This document shows, piece by piece, positions 62,371 to 64,000 of a stretch of DNA of 64,000 bases; position 1 is the stretch's first letter, and each line of letters begins with the position of its first letter. The position numbers were made by a program, and so were the translations under genes. Source of the stretch: Porphyridium purpureum (lineage: Eukaryota); the NCBI GenBank assembly GCA_008690995.1, contig VRMN01000001.1:1612001-1676000 (forward strand), read 5' to 3'. The notes under the pieces are model-generated. The model was not told the origin of the DNA. It did not search any database and saw nothing but the letters and a program-made list of their open reading frames with translations.

Positions 62371-62903
62371 CTCCACCTTCTCCTTCTACGCACACACAAC
62401 CTCACCTCCCTCTTGTCCTTCACATCCACACACACTCCACACCGCGCGCGACCACGCGCAATCTCCGCCAGCCAAAGCTGAACCTCCAATGTACACTGTA
62501 CTTCAGAGTACATCACTGTACTTCAATGTACAGTGCAAGCCATTTGGGTTCATTGTGTTTGTAATTACTTGATAAATTACACGCCTTTCTTTTTATTTTT
62601 CCCAGCGGTGAAGTACTGTGAGTACAGTTGACAACGCGCGCTCGAACGTGGTGAGAGTTGAGGAGAGGGAGCCAGAGATTGCGCCGCTCGGTGGGGGCGT
62701 GTGTGTGTGTGCGTATAGCTTTGTGGGCTTGTGAAGAGCGGCGGGTGTGGTGTTGCCACTGAGTCGCACGCGTCGGAAACGCGCCGCGCGTGTGTGGGGA
62801 AAGACTCATAGGTAAGTTCGTGTGTTGTTCGGATGGCTGTGATGAAAACCTGCTTGATCATCAGATCATTTGATGGAGTGGACCGGTCGGCTCGCTCTTG
62901 GTG

Positions 62904-64000
62904 ATGAACATGAGTAGTAACCTGGTAAGTTTCTGAGCCGTCTGTCTACGCGAGAGCGACGGTGCGCGGTGCGTGGAATGCACGCATCGGGCTCAACGAT
63001 GTGCGCAACGCCTAGGGGACGCGACTGACCGGACCGTCGTTTTTACCGTTCTCTCTTTGTTCTCCCTTTCTAGTCGATTCCGTTGAGAACAGCGCGTGAA
63101 GTGCGAGAATGGAGATGGCAGGATCCAGCGTCTATACCTTTGGCGCGACACGTGTGTGCAGAATTTTCGGAATGCAGTGCCGCCGCGACACGGGAACGAC
63201 TCACCACGGCAGATCACGCAGATGGTCGTTGCCGCCCACGAGTGATGCTGACGCATGACTTTTGTGGCAACTATGCCCCACACGAATTGCTTCCGCGTGG
63301 AGCCAGACTTAGCTCATCATGTGCTCGAGCACTTGTCCAGGAACTCAGCGTACCATCTTCGAGTCGTTTGTGGAAGTTCACAAGCTGGGATTGCATTGAC
63401 TACTTCTGCTACTTTGCGCACGCCGTTGCCGCACCTCCTCCAGCATGCTGGATTGCCGTCGCACACCGTAACCACGTCAGTGCTCTCGGAAGTCTGGTCT
63501 TTGAAGGGGAGCAAGGCGCTCATGAGCTCTTTGAGTTGCTTCAAGAACCGGCGCATGCTGCAACCCAGTTGGCAAGTATCACCAAATACTGGGGATTCGA
63601 CGGTTGGCTTGTGAATGTCGAGTGCGACATACGCAGCCCTGCGCATCGACGCGCGCTTCTTGCCCTCGTGAGGGCTCTGCAAGCGCTGTGCACTGTGGTT
63701 TGGTATGATGCTGTGACGCTGGAAGGCCGCTTGGAGTGGCAGAATGAGCTGAACGAGTGCAATGAGGCGTTCTTTCTGGCGTCTGATATGTTCTTCTCAA
63801 ACTATGCCTGGACATGTGCAAGTCTGGTGCGAACGCAGCAGAGGGCCACGCATCTGCGCAGGTCCCAGGATGTTTTCATGGGCATCGATGTGTTTGGACG
63901 AGGCACGTATGGAGGCGGCGGTTTCAATACGCCAGAAACTCTGGCGCTTGTACACATGCACGGTCTTAGCTGTGCAATCTTTGCTCCAGGATGGACACAC
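62904..64000 (+). CDS. Endo-beta-N-acetylglucosaminidase (GH85 ENGase); exon 62904-62924, intron 62925-63073, exon 63074 to beyond the window
   Basis: Hand translation gives LTHDFCGNY, IDYFCYFAH, AHRN, GFDGWLVNVE, WYDAVT..G.L.WQN.LN, GIDVFGRG, AIFAPGWT. The intron has GTAAGT, a CTGAC branch site and a pyrimidine tract ending CTAG. Confidence 0.88.

Overview
Compact, intron-poor, GC-rich eukaryotic nuclear DNA. It is most likely from a red alga (Porphyridium-like); this is inferred from plastid-targeted SecA, Psb32/TLP18.3 and PHT4 genes, the scarcity of introns and the retroelement types. Bases 1-16,040 are a nest of LTR retrotransposons. One Ty3/Gypsy copy sits inside a second copy of the same family, which sits inside a Ty1/Copia element whose integrase has Gypsy-like features. 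Next to these is a very young element that joins a Gypsy-type gag, -1 frameshift and protease to a Copia-type IN-RT-RNaseH. It has atypical ends and a solo LTR inside its integrase. The remainder is gene-dense: a secreted AA10 LPMO + 3 Cys-rich repeats + GH19 fusion, a GH63-like glycosidase, a probable decayed gene, TSG101/Vps23, Psb32, PHT4, BRCA2 with four near-identical BRC repeats, a secreted propeller-like protein, a p62/NBR1-like PB1-ZZ protein ending in two peptidoglycan-binding-like domains, SNF4/AMPK-gamma, MYCBP-like, NEF1-like, an MFS transporter, mitochondrial uL14, GPN1, an ACL5/SpeE-like aminopropyltransferase, MBF1, plastid SecA, and a spliced GH85 ENGase that the ORF track missed. 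The strongest leads are the Gypsy/Copia chimeric element, the PB1-ZZ-PGBDx2 protein and the LPMO-GH19 fusion. All family assignments come from reading motifs by eye; no database search was run.
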